A stretch of 61,850 nt of DNA from an uncultured Bacilli bacterium (GCA_947591575.1 CANQDI010000001.1:1-61850); one strand, 5' to 3'. Shown: positions 43,010-52,914, numbered from the stretch's first letter. The notes: generated from the letters alone by a model not told the origin. Made by a program: numbers and translations.

Positions 43010-43306
43010 ATGAATATTCAAGCAATTATGAAACAAGCTCAAACTTTGCAAAAAGAAATGATGAAAGAAAAAGAAGTGATTGATAATACTGAATTTGAAG
43101 GTGAAAATGGATTTGTATTGGTCACGGTAAATGGAAAAAAAGAAATATTATCTGTAAAAATTCGCCAAAATCAAATTGAAAGTGATGATATAGAAATATT
43201 ACAAGATATGATTTTAATTGCAACAAATAATGCTATGAAAAAAGTTGATGAATTAACAGAACAAAAAATGAGTAAATTTACAAATGTAATGCCAGGTTTA
43301 TTTTAA
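43010..43306 (+). CDS. nucleoid-associated protein YbaB/EbfC
   Basis: The 98-aa ORF has an N-terminal MKQAQTLQKEMMK and sits in the dnaX-ybaB-recR order. Confidence 0.9.
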   Translation: MNIQAIMKQAQTLQKEMMKEKEVIDNTEFEGENGFVLVTVNGKKEILSVKIRQNQIESDDIEILQDMILIATNNAMKKVDELTEQKMSKFTNVMPGLF

Positions 43307-43899
43307 TGTATCCAGATAGTTTTAAAAATTTAATTGAAGCATTTAAATTTTTTCCAGGAATTGGAGAAAAAACGGCAGAGAGAATGGCATTTTCAACACT
43401 TGATTTAGAAGAAGAACAAATCCATTTATTTGCAGATAGTTTAAAAAAAGTAAAAGCTCAAATTCATCCATGTTCTGTTTGTAATTCTTTAACTGACCAA
43501 GAAATATGCAGTATTTGTAATAGTTCTCTTAGACAAGACACACTTTGTGTGGTAGAAGATCCCAAAATTGTATTTTTGTTTGAAAAATTGGGAACATTTC
43601 GAGGAAAATACCATGTTCTATCAGGCTTAATTTCTCCTTTAGAAGGAATAAATCCTGAAGATATAGGACTAGAGAAACTTATTGATAGAATAAAAAAAGA
43701 AAAGTTTAAAGAAATTATTTTAGCATTTAAACCTAGTATAGAGGGAGAAACAACGTCGCTTTATATTAAAAGAATATTAGAAGGACTTGATATAGAAATT
43801 ACCAAATTAGCAAGTGGTGTTCCAATGGGAGCAGATATGGAATATGTAGATGCTCTAACATTAGAAAGGGCTTTATTTGACCGTAAGAAAGTAGAATAA
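43306..43899 (+). CDS. recR: recombination protein RecR
   Basis: The 197-aa ORF has the helix-hairpin-helix motif FPGIGEKTAERMAF, a C4 zinc finger (CSVCNSLTDQEICSIC) and a Toprim domain. Confidence 0.96.
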   Translation: MYPDSFKNLIEAFKFFPGIGEKTAERMAFSTLDLEEEQIHLFADSLKKVKAQIHPCSVCNSLTDQEICSICNSSLRQDTLCVVEDPKIVFLFEKLGTFRGKYHVLSGLISPLEGINPEDIGLEKLIDRIKKEKFKEIILAFKPSIEGETTSLYIKRILEGLDIEITKLASGVPMGADMEYVDALTLERALFDRKKVE

Positions 43900-43937
43900 C
43901 TTTTCCCTTCATTCATACGATTTAATAGGTGATACGA

Positions 43938-44123
43938 ATGAAAATAGTGTTTTCATTATTTAAGAGAGTCGTGTTAAGTGTTTTTATTATCTATGGATAT
44001 AACTTAATAGCAGTTTCTTTTAATCAAATAATTCCTATCAATTTTATTACCGTAGGAGCTGTAAGTGTTTTAGGCTTTCCTGCACTATTTACTTTCATTT
44101 TGTTAAGAGTCTTTCTATTTTAG
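43938..44123 (+). CDS. BofA-family small membrane protein (pro-sigma-K processing inhibitor family), putative
   Basis: This is a 61-aa protein with two TMs. IIPINFITVGAVSVLGFPALFTFILL resembles the B. subtilis BofA C-terminal half (HVPINLVTTAISGILGIPGIAALVVI). It sits downstream of recR as in Bacillus. The ATG follows AGGTGA. Confidence 0.55.
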   Translation: MKIVFSLFKRVVLSVFIIYGYNLIAVSFNQIIPINFITVGAVSVLGFPALFTFILLRVFLF

Positions 44124-44132
44124 GGAGGATTT

Positions 44133-44999
44133 ATGTGTAGTCAACTCAAAGAAAAACAATTAACTTTTTATCATCATGTTATTGAACCCTTACGAAAAAA
44201 TAGGAAGGTTCAACACGCATATTTAATTGAAACAAATGATGTCGATCAAAAGGAAGATTATGTTTTAGAGTTTGTTGAACAACTTTTTTTGTTAAGACAA
44301 AATAAAGAAATCATCACACCTGATCTTTTACATCAATATATTGTAAAAAATCATTTTCCAGATTTAAAAATTCTAAAGCCTTCTAGTAGTGTAATTAAAA
44401 AAGAAGAATTGTTGGAAATTAAAAATTCTTTTAGAGATAAATCTATTTATGGTGGCTATCAAATTTATATTATTTATGATGCAGAAAAATTAAATAGTAG
44501 TTCTGCTAATACTATTTTAAAGTTCTTAGAAGAGCCAGAAGATGATATCATTGCTGTTTTAGTAACAGATAATCGATATAAAGTATTAGATACTATTTTA
44601 TCTAGATGTCAGATTTTATCTTTTTGTCAAGATGAAAAAGTTTTAGAAAAAAAAATATCTCCACCTTTTATTACATTCATTAATTTGTTGATAAATAGAA
44701 AGAAAAAAGATTTAATGTTATCCTATCAATTTATTTTAGATGAAATTTTCCCCGATAAAGATTCAATTTTATCTACTTTGCAAACATTAGAAATATTTTT
44801 TGCACAAATTCTTCAAAAATATTATAATATTAATCAAAGTAATTGTTCTGAAATGGTAATAAAATATGAAAATCACTTTTCTTTAAATGAAATTATAAAA
44901 TTTTTATCTATTTTTGATGAAAAGCAGAAAGAATTAGAATATAATTTGAACTTAAAAGCTTGGATTGATTCTTTTCTTCTTAGATTAATGGAGGTATAA
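44133..44999 (+). CDS. holB: DNA polymerase III subunit delta'
   Basis: The 288-aa ORF has an AAA+-like core (HAYLIE...ILKFLEEPEDDIIAVLVT...ILSRCQ) and sits in the holB-yaaT order. Confidence 0.85.
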   Translation: MCSQLKEKQLTFYHHVIEPLRKNRKVQHAYLIETNDVDQKEDYVLEFVEQLFLLRQNKEIITPDLLHQYIVKNHFPDLKILKPSSSVIKKEELLEIKNSFRDKSIYGGYQIYIIYDAEKLNSSSANTILKFLEEPEDDIIAVLVTDNRYKVLDTILSRCQILSFCQDEKVLEKKISPPFITFINLLINRKKKDLMLSYQFILDEIFPDKDSILSTLQTLEIFFAQILQKYYNINQSNCSEMVIKYENHFSLNEIIKFLSIFDEKQKELEYNLNLKAWIDSFLLRLMEV

Positions 45000-45779
45000 A
45001 TGAAAAAAGTAGTTGGAGTACAATTAGAAAATGATCCAAAAATATATTTTTTTCTAGTGGATGGAATTCATTTAATAAAAGAAGATGAAGTGATTGTTGA
45101 AACAGAACAAGGAATACAAATTGGAAAAGTAAAAACATTTGTAAAAGAATATGAAGATAGAGATGTCAGTACAGTCATGAAAAAAGTACTTCGAAAGGTA
45201 ACACCAGAAGATTTGATCCAACAAAAGCAGAATCAAAAAGATAGCATGGAAGCTCTTGAAACTGCCAAAAAACTTGCTTTAGAGTTAGATTTACCAATGC
45301 AATTTTTAGATGCTAATTATATTTTTAATAGAAATCAGTTATTTTTTTCTTATCTTGCAGATACGAGAATTGATTTTAGAATACTTGCCAAAAAACTTGC
45401 ATCTAAGTATAAAACAAGAATTGAACTTCGACAAATTGGAGTACGAGATAAAGCAAAAAAAGTTGGTGGATTAGGACCCTGTGGTCTCATTTTATGTTGT
45501 AATCGATTTTTAGATGATTTTGTCCCTGTTTCTATTAATATGGCAAAAAATCAAGATCTCGCTTTAAATCCAACTAAAATCAATGGTTTATGTGGTAGAT
45601 TATTGTGCTGTTTAAATTATGAAGATGAATTATATAAAGAATTACGAGAAAAAATGCCTAAAATAGGTGAAATCATTACGACTGCACATGGAAAAGGAAA
45701 AGTTGTTTCTATTAATTTGTTAAATCATACCTATTATGTCGAATTATCAAATAAAGAAGTTATTGCAGAAAGTGTTTAA
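45000..45779 (+). CDS. PSP1-domain protein RicT/YaaT (stage 0 sporulation protein)
   Basis: It has PSP1 C-terminal cysteine clusters (GPCGLILCCNRFL and GLCGRLLCCLNYE). Confidence 0.9.
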   Translation: MKKVVGVQLENDPKIYFFLVDGIHLIKEDEVIVETEQGIQIGKVKTFVKEYEDRDVSTVMKKVLRKVTPEDLIQQKQNQKDSMEALETAKKLALELDLPMQFLDANYIFNRNQLFFSYLADTRIDFRILAKKLASKYKTRIELRQIGVRDKAKKVGGLGPCGLILCCNRFLDDFVPVSINMAKNQDLALNPTKINGLCGRLLCCLNYEDELYKELREKMPKIGEIITTAHGKGKVVSINLLNHTYYVELSNKEVIAESV

Positions 45780-45781
45780 AT

Positions 45782-46477
45782 ATGGAAGTATTACGAGTGA
45801 TAGATTTTCATGATAAAAAAATAAAAATATATGAAAATACTGATTGGTTTTCAACTACTACAGATAGTGTGTTATTGAGTGACTTTGTTTCATTGCAATT
45901 GAAAGATCAAAAAATTTTAGATTTAGGAAGTGGAGTAGGGACCATCCCTCTTCTTTTATCATGTAAAACGAAAGCCCAAATTTATGGAATTGAAATTCAA
46001 GAAGACGTACATGATTTAGCAAGAAAAAATATTCAATTAAATCACTTAGAAGAACAGATTAAATTGTTTCACGGAGATATGAACAATATTTCTATCTTAT
46101 CTTTAGAAGGAAAATGTGATGTTGTTATTTCAAATCCACCATATTTTCCATATGATGAGGACAAAATAACTAATCTAGATATTCATAAAAAGTATGCAAG
46201 ACATGAAGTTACTATTACATTAACGCAACTTCTTCAAGTGGCCAAAAGATTTTTAAAAGATCATGGTAGACTCGTCCTTATTTATCGAACAGAAAGATTA
46301 TTAGATGTTTTAGAGGAATTAAAAAATCAAGGATTTGAACCAAAAAGACTTCAATTCATTCATCATTCTAGAAATAGCATTTCAAAACTTTTCTTGATAG
46401 AAGCAAAAAAATATGGTAAAAGAGAATTAAAAATATTAAAACCATTATATATTTTAGAACGGAAAGAAAGTGAATAG
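45782..46477 (+). CDS. tRNA (adenine-N6)-methyltransferase-like SAM methyltransferase (YabB/TrmN6-like)
   Basis: It has the SAM motif ILDLGSGVGTIPL and the N6-adenine motif SNPPYF. Confidence 0.8.
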   Translation: MEVLRVIDFHDKKIKIYENTDWFSTTTDSVLLSDFVSLQLKDQKILDLGSGVGTIPLLLSCKTKAQIYGIEIQEDVHDLARKNIQLNHLEEQIKLFHGDMNNISILSLEGKCDVVISNPPYFPYDEDKITNLDIHKKYARHEVTITLTQLLQVAKRFLKDHGRLVLIYRTERLLDVLEELKNQGFEPKRLQFIHHSRNSISKLFLIEAKKYGKRELKILKPLYILERKESE

Positions 46478-47312
46478 GATGCAAAAAAGTTATGAATCAA
46501 AAAATGCTCTCTATATTATTCCAACACCTATTGGAAACTTGGAAGATATTACACTTCGAGCTTTATCGACTCTAAAAATGGTTGACTTACTACTTTGCGA
46601 AGATACAAGAACAACAGGTATTTTATTATCCAATTATAAAATCAAAAAAAAATTGATTAGTTGTCACGAATATAATGAAGAAAAAATGAAAAGTGTAATC
46701 TTATCTTATTTAGAAGAAGGAAAAAATATTGGACTTGTAACAGATCAAGGAACACCTATTATAAGTGATCCTGGATATCGAGTTGTTTCCTATTTAATTA
46801 AATGTGGGAAAACGGTTATTTCTTTACCAGGAGCTACTGCTTTTGTTCCTGCACTTACATCAAGTGGCCTACCTCCTCAACCTTTTTTATTTTATGGATT
46901 TTTAAATGCTAAAAGTAGTAAAATGAAAAAAGAATTAGAACAATTGAAACAATATCCATTTTCTATTATTTTTTATGAGTCTCCTCATCGCATACAAGAA
47001 ATGTTAGAAAACATGCTAGAAATCTTTGGAGATCGTAAGATAACTCTTGCAAGAGAAATTTCTAAAATCCATGAATCATATTACTATGGCCAAATCTCTT
47101 CTGTTCTTGAGGAGATTCCTTCAATAAAAGGTGAAATAGTTATTGTTGTAGAGGGTAATCGTGATAGTATCTCTTATCAAAATTTATCTTTAAAAGAACA
47201 TGTCGATTTATATGTTCAAGATAACATGTCTTTGAATGATGCTATGAAAAAAGTAGCGAAAGAACGTGGAATGGCTAAATCAATTGTTTATAATGAATAT
47301 CATCAAAAATAA
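46470..47312 (+). CDS. rsmI: 16S rRNA (cytidine1402-2'-O)-methyltransferase RsmI
   Basis: The tetrapyrrole-methylase-fold N-terminus reads LYIIPTPIGNLEDITLRAL and CEDTR. The true start may be the ATG at 46479. Confidence 0.92.
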   Translation: MNRMQKSYESKNALYIIPTPIGNLEDITLRALSTLKMVDLLLCEDTRTTGILLSNYKIKKKLISCHEYNEEKMKSVILSYLEEGKNIGLVTDQGTPIISDPGYRVVSYLIKCGKTVISLPGATAFVPALTSSGLPPQPFLFYGFLNAKSSKMKKELEQLKQYPFSIIFYESPHRIQEMLENMLEIFGDRKITLAREISKIHESYYYGQISSVLEEIPSIKGEIVIVVEGNRDSISYQNLSLKEHVDLYVQDNMSLNDAMKKVAKERGMAKSIVYNEYHQK

Positions 47313-47313
47313 G

Positions 47314-47337
47314 AAATTATTTCCCGGGAAATAATTT
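47314..47337. promoter_or_regulatory. isolated NBS-type palindrome (24-bp perfect palindrome)
   Basis: AAATTATTTCCCGGGAAATAATTT contains the same 16-mer TATTTCCCGGGAAATA (47318-47333) as the 40.5-kb array. It lies 2 nt after the rsmI stop. Confidence 0.75.
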
Positions 47338-47355
47338 ATAAAAGGAGTTGATCAC

Positions 47356-47922
47356 ATGAAAATGGTTGTAGCATTAGGAAATCCAGGTGAAGAATACGAA
47401 AATACACGACATAATACAGGATTTTTCTTTTTAGAATCTTATTTAAGAGAAAAAGGTTTTACTGTTTGGAAAAAAAAGAACAGAGCTAGATATATTGAAA
47501 AATATGTAAATGGCGAAAAAGTTATTTTTTTAGAGCCTCTTTCTTTTATGAATTTATCTGGAGAAGTTGTTTCTGTTTTTAAAAAATATTATAGTATTCC
47601 AACAGAAGATATTTTAGTAATTTGTGATGATTTAGACTTAAATTTGGGAAAAATAAAATTAAAAGCGAAGGGAAGTTGTGGTGGTCATAATGGCCTTAGA
47701 AATATTGAACTTCATCTAAAAACGCAAAACTACAAACGACTTAAAATAGGAATTTCAAATGACAAAGATAAAAGTACAATTGATTATGTTTTAGGAAAAT
47801 TTACGAAAGAAGAACAAACTAAGTTAAATGACTTGGTTCCAAAAATTTCTCAGATTATTGATCGCTTTTTTGTGACAGATTTTTCTCTTTTAATGAGTCA
47901 ATATAGTGAAAAGAATAGGTGA
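47356..47922 (+). CDS. pth: peptidyl-tRNA hydrolase
   Basis: The 188-aa ORF has the motifs GLGNPG-like ALGNPGEEYENTRHNTGF and GGHNGLRNI. Confidence 0.95.
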   Translation: MKMVVALGNPGEEYENTRHNTGFFFLESYLREKGFTVWKKKNRARYIEKYVNGEKVIFLEPLSFMNLSGEVVSVFKKYYSIPTEDILVICDDLDLNLGKIKLKAKGSCGGHNGLRNIELHLKTQNYKRLKIGISNDKDKSTIDYVLGKFTKEEQTKLNDLVPKISQIIDRFFVTDFSLLMSQYSEKNR

Positions 47923-50900
47923 TGATAGTGAAATTTTTAAATAACTTATTTTCTTTTCCAGAAGAGTTTCCATCCTCTTTTGGAGGCCTTACGAAAGAAA
48001 CCTATAGTATTTTGTTAGCTTCTCTATGTCAAAAAGAAAAGAGAAGCATTTTAGTTGTTACAGCAAGTTTATATGAAGCCAATATTTTAGTTGATTCTCT
48101 TTCCACTTACCTTGAAGAAGTTTATTTATTTCCGATGGATGACTTTTTAACAAGTGAAGCAGTTGCAATGAGTCCCGATTTAAAGATACGAAGACTTGAA
48201 ACACTATCTCGCATCAATTGTAGTACTCCTAAAATTGTTGTTACAAACTTAATGGGATATCTACGCTATCTTCCTCTTCCAAATGTTTATCAAAAATGCG
48301 TACAAAACATAAAAAAAGGTGATGAAATTTCACCTAAAGAATTCATTCAAAATCTTTATCACTTAGGATATCAAAAAGAAACCATTGTCACTAACACTGG
48401 AGAAATGGCAGAAAGAGGTTTTATTGTTGACGTTTTTCCTCTTTTAGAAGATCATCCAGTTCGTTTTGAATTTTTTGGAGATATGATTGAATCCATTCGA
48501 TATTTTGATGAAAAAAACCAAAAATCTTTAACGGAAATTCATGAAGTTACTATTTATCCTTTTACAGAATTTTTAACTTTACAAGAACAAGAACTATTTC
48601 TTCAAAAATATTTACCAGAATATGGAAAAGTTGCATCAATTTATGATTATTTAAAAAATCCTATTTTAATTTATCAAGATGATACAAGAATTGAAACAAC
48701 TTATCGTTCCATACAAGAAGAAATTTTTACGTATCAGACGACAAAAGATATTGAATTTAAAGGGAAATATATGCATGAGTTGCCCTCTTTTTCCTCTCGA
48801 AATATTCTATTTTATTCAAGTGTTGATAATTATGAAAAAAATCAAAAATTTTATGATTTTCATATTCAATCTTTACCAAAATTTAATGAAGATATTGAAT
48901 CCATTCGTAATTTTATTCAAAAAAATTTACAGAAAGATAAATATATTATTGTTGCGTTAAAGGATTATCAATTACCATCTTTTGCAAAACAAATATCTAT
49001 TTCTTATCAAAAAACAACCTTTGATAAATTATTGAAAGGGTGTATCAATTTAGTGCCTTTTGAAATGCAAGAAGGATTTCTTTATAAAGATTATGTATTT
49101 TTGACAGCAAATGAATTATTTAATGTTCAAAAACCAAGAAAAACTTATAAAAATAAATATAAGTATGCTACTAAGATACATGACTTAAATAAATTAAATA
49201 AAGGAGATTATGTTGTTCATGAAGTACATGGAATTGGCATTTATCGAGGAATAAAAACGCTTTCTCAAATGGGTCTTGAAAAGGATTATCTTGAAGTGGA
49301 GTATTTAGGAAAAGATAAATTATATATTCCTGTGGAAAAAATAGAATTATTAAGTAAATATACAGGTAAAGAAGGTATTCGTCCTACAATTCATAAACTA
49401 GGAGGAACAGTTTGGACAAAGACAAAGGAAAGAATTCGCTCAAAGGTTCAGGATATGACAAAACAGCTTTTAGCACTTTATGCTAAAAGAGAAAGCCAAA
49501 AAGGTTATGCTTTTTCACCTGATACAGAATTACAAAAACATTTTGAACAAGCTTTTCCTTATAAACTTACAAGTGATCAAAGCAAAGCTTTATTGCAAAT
49601 TAAAGAAGATATGGAAAAGGAGTCTCCAATGGATCGTCTTCTTTGTGGAGATGTTGGTTTTGGAAAAACAGAAGTTGCCTTTTGTGCAGCATTTAAAGCA
49701 ATTAATGATAGTAAACAGGTTCTATTCTTGTGCCCTACGACGATTCTTTCAAATCAGCATTATCAAAATGCTAAAGAGCGTTTTCATGATTTTCCAGTAT
49801 CAATGGCTTTGTTAAACCGTTTTACGCCAATGAAAGAGGTCAAGAGAATTTTAAATGGATTAAAAGATGGTACGATTGATATGGTATTTGGAACACATCG
49901 TTTATTATCTGATGATATTCATCCCAAAGATTTAGGCTTATTAATTATTGATGAAGAACAACGTTTTGGTGTTAAACACAAAGAAAAAATCAAACAATAT
50001 AAAACAAATATAGATGTGTTAACATTAACAGCAACTCCTATTCCAAGAACTTTGCAAATGTCTATTGTGGGAATAAGAAGTCTTTCGTTAATTGAAACTG
50101 CACCTATGGATAGATATCCAATTCAGACATACGTATTAGAAGAAAATATGCAAGTAATCAAAGATGCTATTTATAAAGAATTATCTCGTTATGGACAAGT
50201 TTTTATTCTTTATAATCGAGTTGAAAGTATAGAAAGACAGTTATTGAAAATTCAAAATTTAGTGCCTGATGCTAAAATTACATTTGCTCATGGACAAATG
50301 TCTCGAGAAAAAATTGAAGATAGAATGTTCGCTTTTATGAATCATGAATATGATATTTTACTTTGTACGACGATCATTGAAACTGGCATTGATATTCCTA
50401 ATGTTAATACTTTAATTATTTTAAATGCAGATCAATTTGGATTAAGTCAGTTATATCAAATTCGTGGGCGAGTTGGAAGAAGTAATAAAATTGCTTATGC
50501 TTATTTGATGTATCAGTCTCAAAAAGTTTTGACGGAAACTGCAATGAAACGGTTAAATGTCATCAAAGAGTTTACGGAACTTGGAAGTGGTTTTTCCATT
50601 GCTACAAGAGATCTTTCGATTCGTGGCGCAGGAGATATTTTAGGGAGTGAACAAGCTGGATTTATAGATACGATAGGAATTGATTTATATCTAAAAATGC
50701 TTAATGAAGAAGTAGTTAGACAAAAAGGTCAACAAAAAGAAGAGTCTATTACAACAGAAAATGAAACAAAACCCCTTCTTTCTGTTTCCACACATATTAA
50801 AGATGAATATGTCAAAGAAGAAGAATTAAAAATTGAAATTCATCGTAAAATTAATGAAATCCAAGATAAGAAATCTTTTCAGTCAGTAAAAGAAGAATTA

Positions 50901-51224
50901 GAAGATCGTTTTGGAACACTACCAGAAGAAATGATTATATATATGCATGAAGAATGGTTTGAAAATCTTGCTAAAAAATTACCTGTTCATCGTGTAAGAC
51001 AAATGAAAAATATGATTGAAATGAACTTTACGAGTGAATTTGTTGCTATGATCGATACAGAAAAACTTTTTGTTGATGCTTTTCACATTACACCGATGTT
51101 TCGGTTTAAAAGCAGTCATGGAGATTTAACTATTTTGTTAGATACAATTCGTTTAGAAAAACATCCTGTTTTTTATCTTGTACAAATTTTAGAGTCATTA
51201 TATCTTCAAAAAACACAAAAGTAA
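47919..51224 (+). CDS. mfd: transcription-repair coupling factor
   Basis: The 1101-aa ORF has an RNAP-interacting domain (GDYVVHEVHGIG) and SF2 helicase motifs (GDVGFGKTEV, DEEQRFGV, TATPIPRT, QLYQIRGRVGRS). Confidence 0.97.
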   Translation: MMIVKFLNNLFSFPEEFPSSFGGLTKETYSILLASLCQKEKRSILVVTASLYEANILVDSLSTYLEEVYLFPMDDFLTSEAVAMSPDLKIRRLETLSRINCSTPKIVVTNLMGYLRYLPLPNVYQKCVQNIKKGDEISPKEFIQNLYHLGYQKETIVTNTGEMAERGFIVDVFPLLEDHPVRFEFFGDMIESIRYFDEKNQKSLTEIHEVTIYPFTEFLTLQEQELFLQKYLPEYGKVASIYDYLKNPILIYQDDTRIETTYRSIQEEIFTYQTTKDIEFKGKYMHELPSFSSRNILFYSSVDNYEKNQKFYDFHIQSLPKFNEDIESIRNFIQKNLQKDKYIIVALKDYQLPSFAKQISISYQKTTFDKLLKGCINLVPFEMQEGFLYKDYVFLTANELFNVQKPRKTYKNKYKYATKIHDLNKLNKGDYVVHEVHGIGIYRGIKTLSQMGLEKDYLEVEYLGKDKLYIPVEKIELLSKYTGKEGIRPTIHKLGGTVWTKTKERIRSKVQDMTKQLLALYAKRESQKGYAFSPDTELQKHFEQAFPYKLTSDQSKALLQIKEDMEKESPMDRLLCGDVGFGKTEVAFCAAFKAINDSKQVLFLCPTTILSNQHYQNAKERFHDFPVSMALLNRFTPMKEVKRILNGLKDGTIDMVFGTHRLLSDDIHPKDLGLLIIDEEQRFGVKHKEKIKQYKTNIDVLTLTATPIPRTLQMSIVGIRSLSLIETAPMDRYPIQTYVLEENMQVIKDAIYKELSRYGQVFILYNRVESIERQLLKIQNLVPDAKITFAHGQMSREKIEDRMFAFMNHEYDILLCTTIIETGIDIPNVNTLIILNADQFGLSQLYQIRGRVGRSNKIAYAYLMYQSQKVLTETAMKRLNVIKEFTELGSGFSIATRDLSIRGAGDILGSEQAGFIDTIGIDLYLKMLNEEVVRQKGQQKEESITTENETKPLLSVSTHIKDEYVKEEELKIEIHRKINEIQDKKSFQSVKEELEDRFGTLPEEMIIYMHEEWFENLAKKLPVHRVRQMKNMIEMNFTSEFVAMIDTEKLFVDAFHITPMFRFKSSHGDLTILLDTIRLEKHPVFYLVQILESLYLQKTQK

Positions 51225-51274
51225 TCTTGTAAAAATGAGAAGAGATTGTTATTCTTATTATGGTAGGTGACAAG

Positions 51275-51919
51275 ATGAGTAATCGAATAGAAGAATATCA
51301 AAAAGTTCATAAAGAAAATTATATCAAAGTAATTCAAGAATTAATAAAAAATAATACAAGTGCTTTTATTCATGATGATATGTTTCCTTTATTTGATAAA
51401 CCTCCATTAGATTCAATGGATATGATACGGAATAAATTATTATCACTTGCAAAGGAATATAAAGTAGTATTACAAACAGAAAATCTTATCAAAATGATGG
51501 ATCATTACCAAAAAGCTATGAAAGAAGAAATAAAAATAATTGGAAAATACCGTGAAAAGAATCTTCTTCAATATTTAAATAATTTTATTGCTGGAAGAGA
51601 ACAGAATATTAAGATTTTAAAAAAAGATTTAGTCATTTTGGATAAACAAATTCAAAAATCATTTAAAGAGATTCTCCAAAAAAATTGTCAGTTTTATTTA
51701 ATAGAGAAAATAGATTCACTTTTTAATAGTCGTGATCAAGCAAAAATGGAGGAAATTCTAAAAAAAATGAAAGATTTTCTCAATAAGAAGTATTTGAAAC
51801 AACTTTTAGATAGTTTGGATATTAAGATGTTAGTTAAAGATACTACTCTTTTGAATGGAATCAAAGAGCAAACAAATCGTTATTTATTTACTTTAGAAAA
51901 TTCTCACTTATTTGATTAA
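51275..51919 (+). CDS. hypothetical protein (predicted helical, K/E-rich)
   Basis: The 214-aa ORF starts at an ATG 4 nt after AGGTGA and is followed by a good terminator. I do not recognise the family. Confidence 0.65.
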   Translation: MSNRIEEYQKVHKENYIKVIQELIKNNTSAFIHDDMFPLFDKPPLDSMDMIRNKLLSLAKEYKVVLQTENLIKMMDHYQKAMKEEIKIIGKYREKNLLQYLNNFIAGREQNIKILKKDLVILDKQIQKSFKEILQKNCQFYLIEKIDSLFNSRDQAKMEEILKKMKDFLNKKYLKQLLDSLDIKMLVKDTTLLNGIKEQTNRYLFTLENSHLFD

Positions 51920-51940
51920 AGCCTTAAAGGGCTTTTTTTG
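51918..51940 (+). terminator. intrinsic terminator
   Basis: A hairpin (AAAGCCT, loop TAAA, GGGCTTT) is followed by a T-run. Confidence 0.75.
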
Positions 51941-52120
51941 TGCTCTCATTTTATGTTTTCAAGAAAAATATATGTAATTTTGACATTTATTTCTCTAAAT
52001 CATTTGGAAATAATTACCAAGGGAATTATTTGTTGAAACGATTATAATATATGTAGACAAAAAATTGTATAACCTAACTAAATTTTGAAAACAATAATTG
52101 TAGATGGAAAGGGTGAGTAT

Positions 52121-52651
52121 ATGAAAACAACTGGCGTTGTGCGAAAAATTGATGATTTGGGTAGGATTGTAATTCCTAAAGAAATTCGTCGAACTTTAAA
52201 AATTCGAGACGGTGAATCATTAGAAATCTTTGTGGATAAAGAAATGGTAACCTTAAAAAAATATTCTACAATGGAAGATTTACAAGAGATTGCAAAAAAA
52301 TTAACAGACGCAATTTCTAATATTACAACAAAAAATATATATGTATCTGATAGAGATTGTTTTATTGCCGGAAATGGAGAGATGAAAAAACGTTTTTTGG
52401 GTCAAGCTATTTCTCCCTATTTAGAAGAAATTATAAAAGATTGTGAAAAGCAGTTATCAAAAGAAATTAAAAAGATAGAATTCATTTCTGGTGTCGAAGG
52501 AGAATATGCCTATGCGATTTGTCCTATATTATCTCAAGGATCTGCGATAGGTCTTGTACTAATTGTTTCAAAAGATAAAGATATTACAGAAGAGGATATG
52601 ATGATTACAAATATAGTTGCACAATTTCTTGCAAAATGTGTTGAAGAATAA
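52121..52651 (+). CDS. spoVT: AbrB-family regulator SpoVT (stage V sporulation protein T)
   Basis: It has the SpoVT/AbrB swapped-hairpin N-terminus (MKTTGVVRKIDDLGRIVIPKEIRRTLKIRDGESLEIF) plus a GAF-like C-terminal domain of ~120 aa. It sits in the mfd-spoVT order as in Bacillus. The ATG follows AAGGGTGAG. Confidence 0.85.
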   Translation: MKTTGVVRKIDDLGRIVIPKEIRRTLKIRDGESLEIFVDKEMVTLKKYSTMEDLQEIAKKLTDAISNITTKNIYVSDRDCFIAGNGEMKKRFLGQAISPYLEEIIKDCEKQLSKEIKKIEFISGVEGEYAYAICPILSQGSAIGLVLIVSKDKDITEEDMMITNIVAQFLAKCVEE

Positions 52652-52670
52652 ATTTTATTTGTGTTATAAT
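52641..52670 (+). promoter_or_regulatory. candidate promoter of the metG T-box leader
   Basis: TTGAAG, an 18-nt spacer and an extended -10 (TGTTATAAT, with TATAAT at 52665-52670). Confidence 0.55.
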
Positions 52671-52676
52671 TTTCCT

Positions 52677-52900
52677 TAGAAGTGATGAGGAAGAGCTTCT
52701 TTAAAAAAGATGAATGAAGAGAACTTCTGGTGGGTGAAAAGAAGGGTCATCATTAAAGAAGTATGGCTTCTGAACTATTATGTCGATAAGTAGATATAAT
52801 CGTATTCTGGCGTTAACGGAATAAGTGTGTAATAGAGTTTATTATAAAATAAGGTGGTACCGCCCGTTCTAGGGTCCTTATAATATAATAAACTTTTTTT
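52677..52900 (+). promoter_or_regulatory. T-box leader (Met specifier) controlling metG
   Basis: A Stem-I AG-bulge and distal-loop pair are present (AGAGAAC...GGTGGGTGAAA). A candidate specifier AUG lies at 52763-52765 and is followed by a purine. The T-box sequence AAGGTGGTACCGCC lies at 52851-52864. A long AT-rich helix (GTTTATTATA at 52837-52846 pairing with TATAATAAAC at 52884-52893) is followed by TTTTTTT. Confidence 0.75.
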
Positions 52901-52914
52901 AAGGAGGAAAATGA

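Noticed and set aside
40751-43940. Repeated string TTTAATAGGTGATA upstream of tadA (40751) and the bofA-like gene (43921)
   Set aside because: It is a 14-nt match made of an AT-rich spacer plus the AGGTGA Shine-Dalgarno sequence. That is most simply a coincidence of RBS context and not a repeat element.
51960-52120. Forespore (sigma-G/F) type promoter upstream of spoVT
   Set aside because: I could not place a convincing -35/-10 pair with correct spacing by eye, so no promoter is called.
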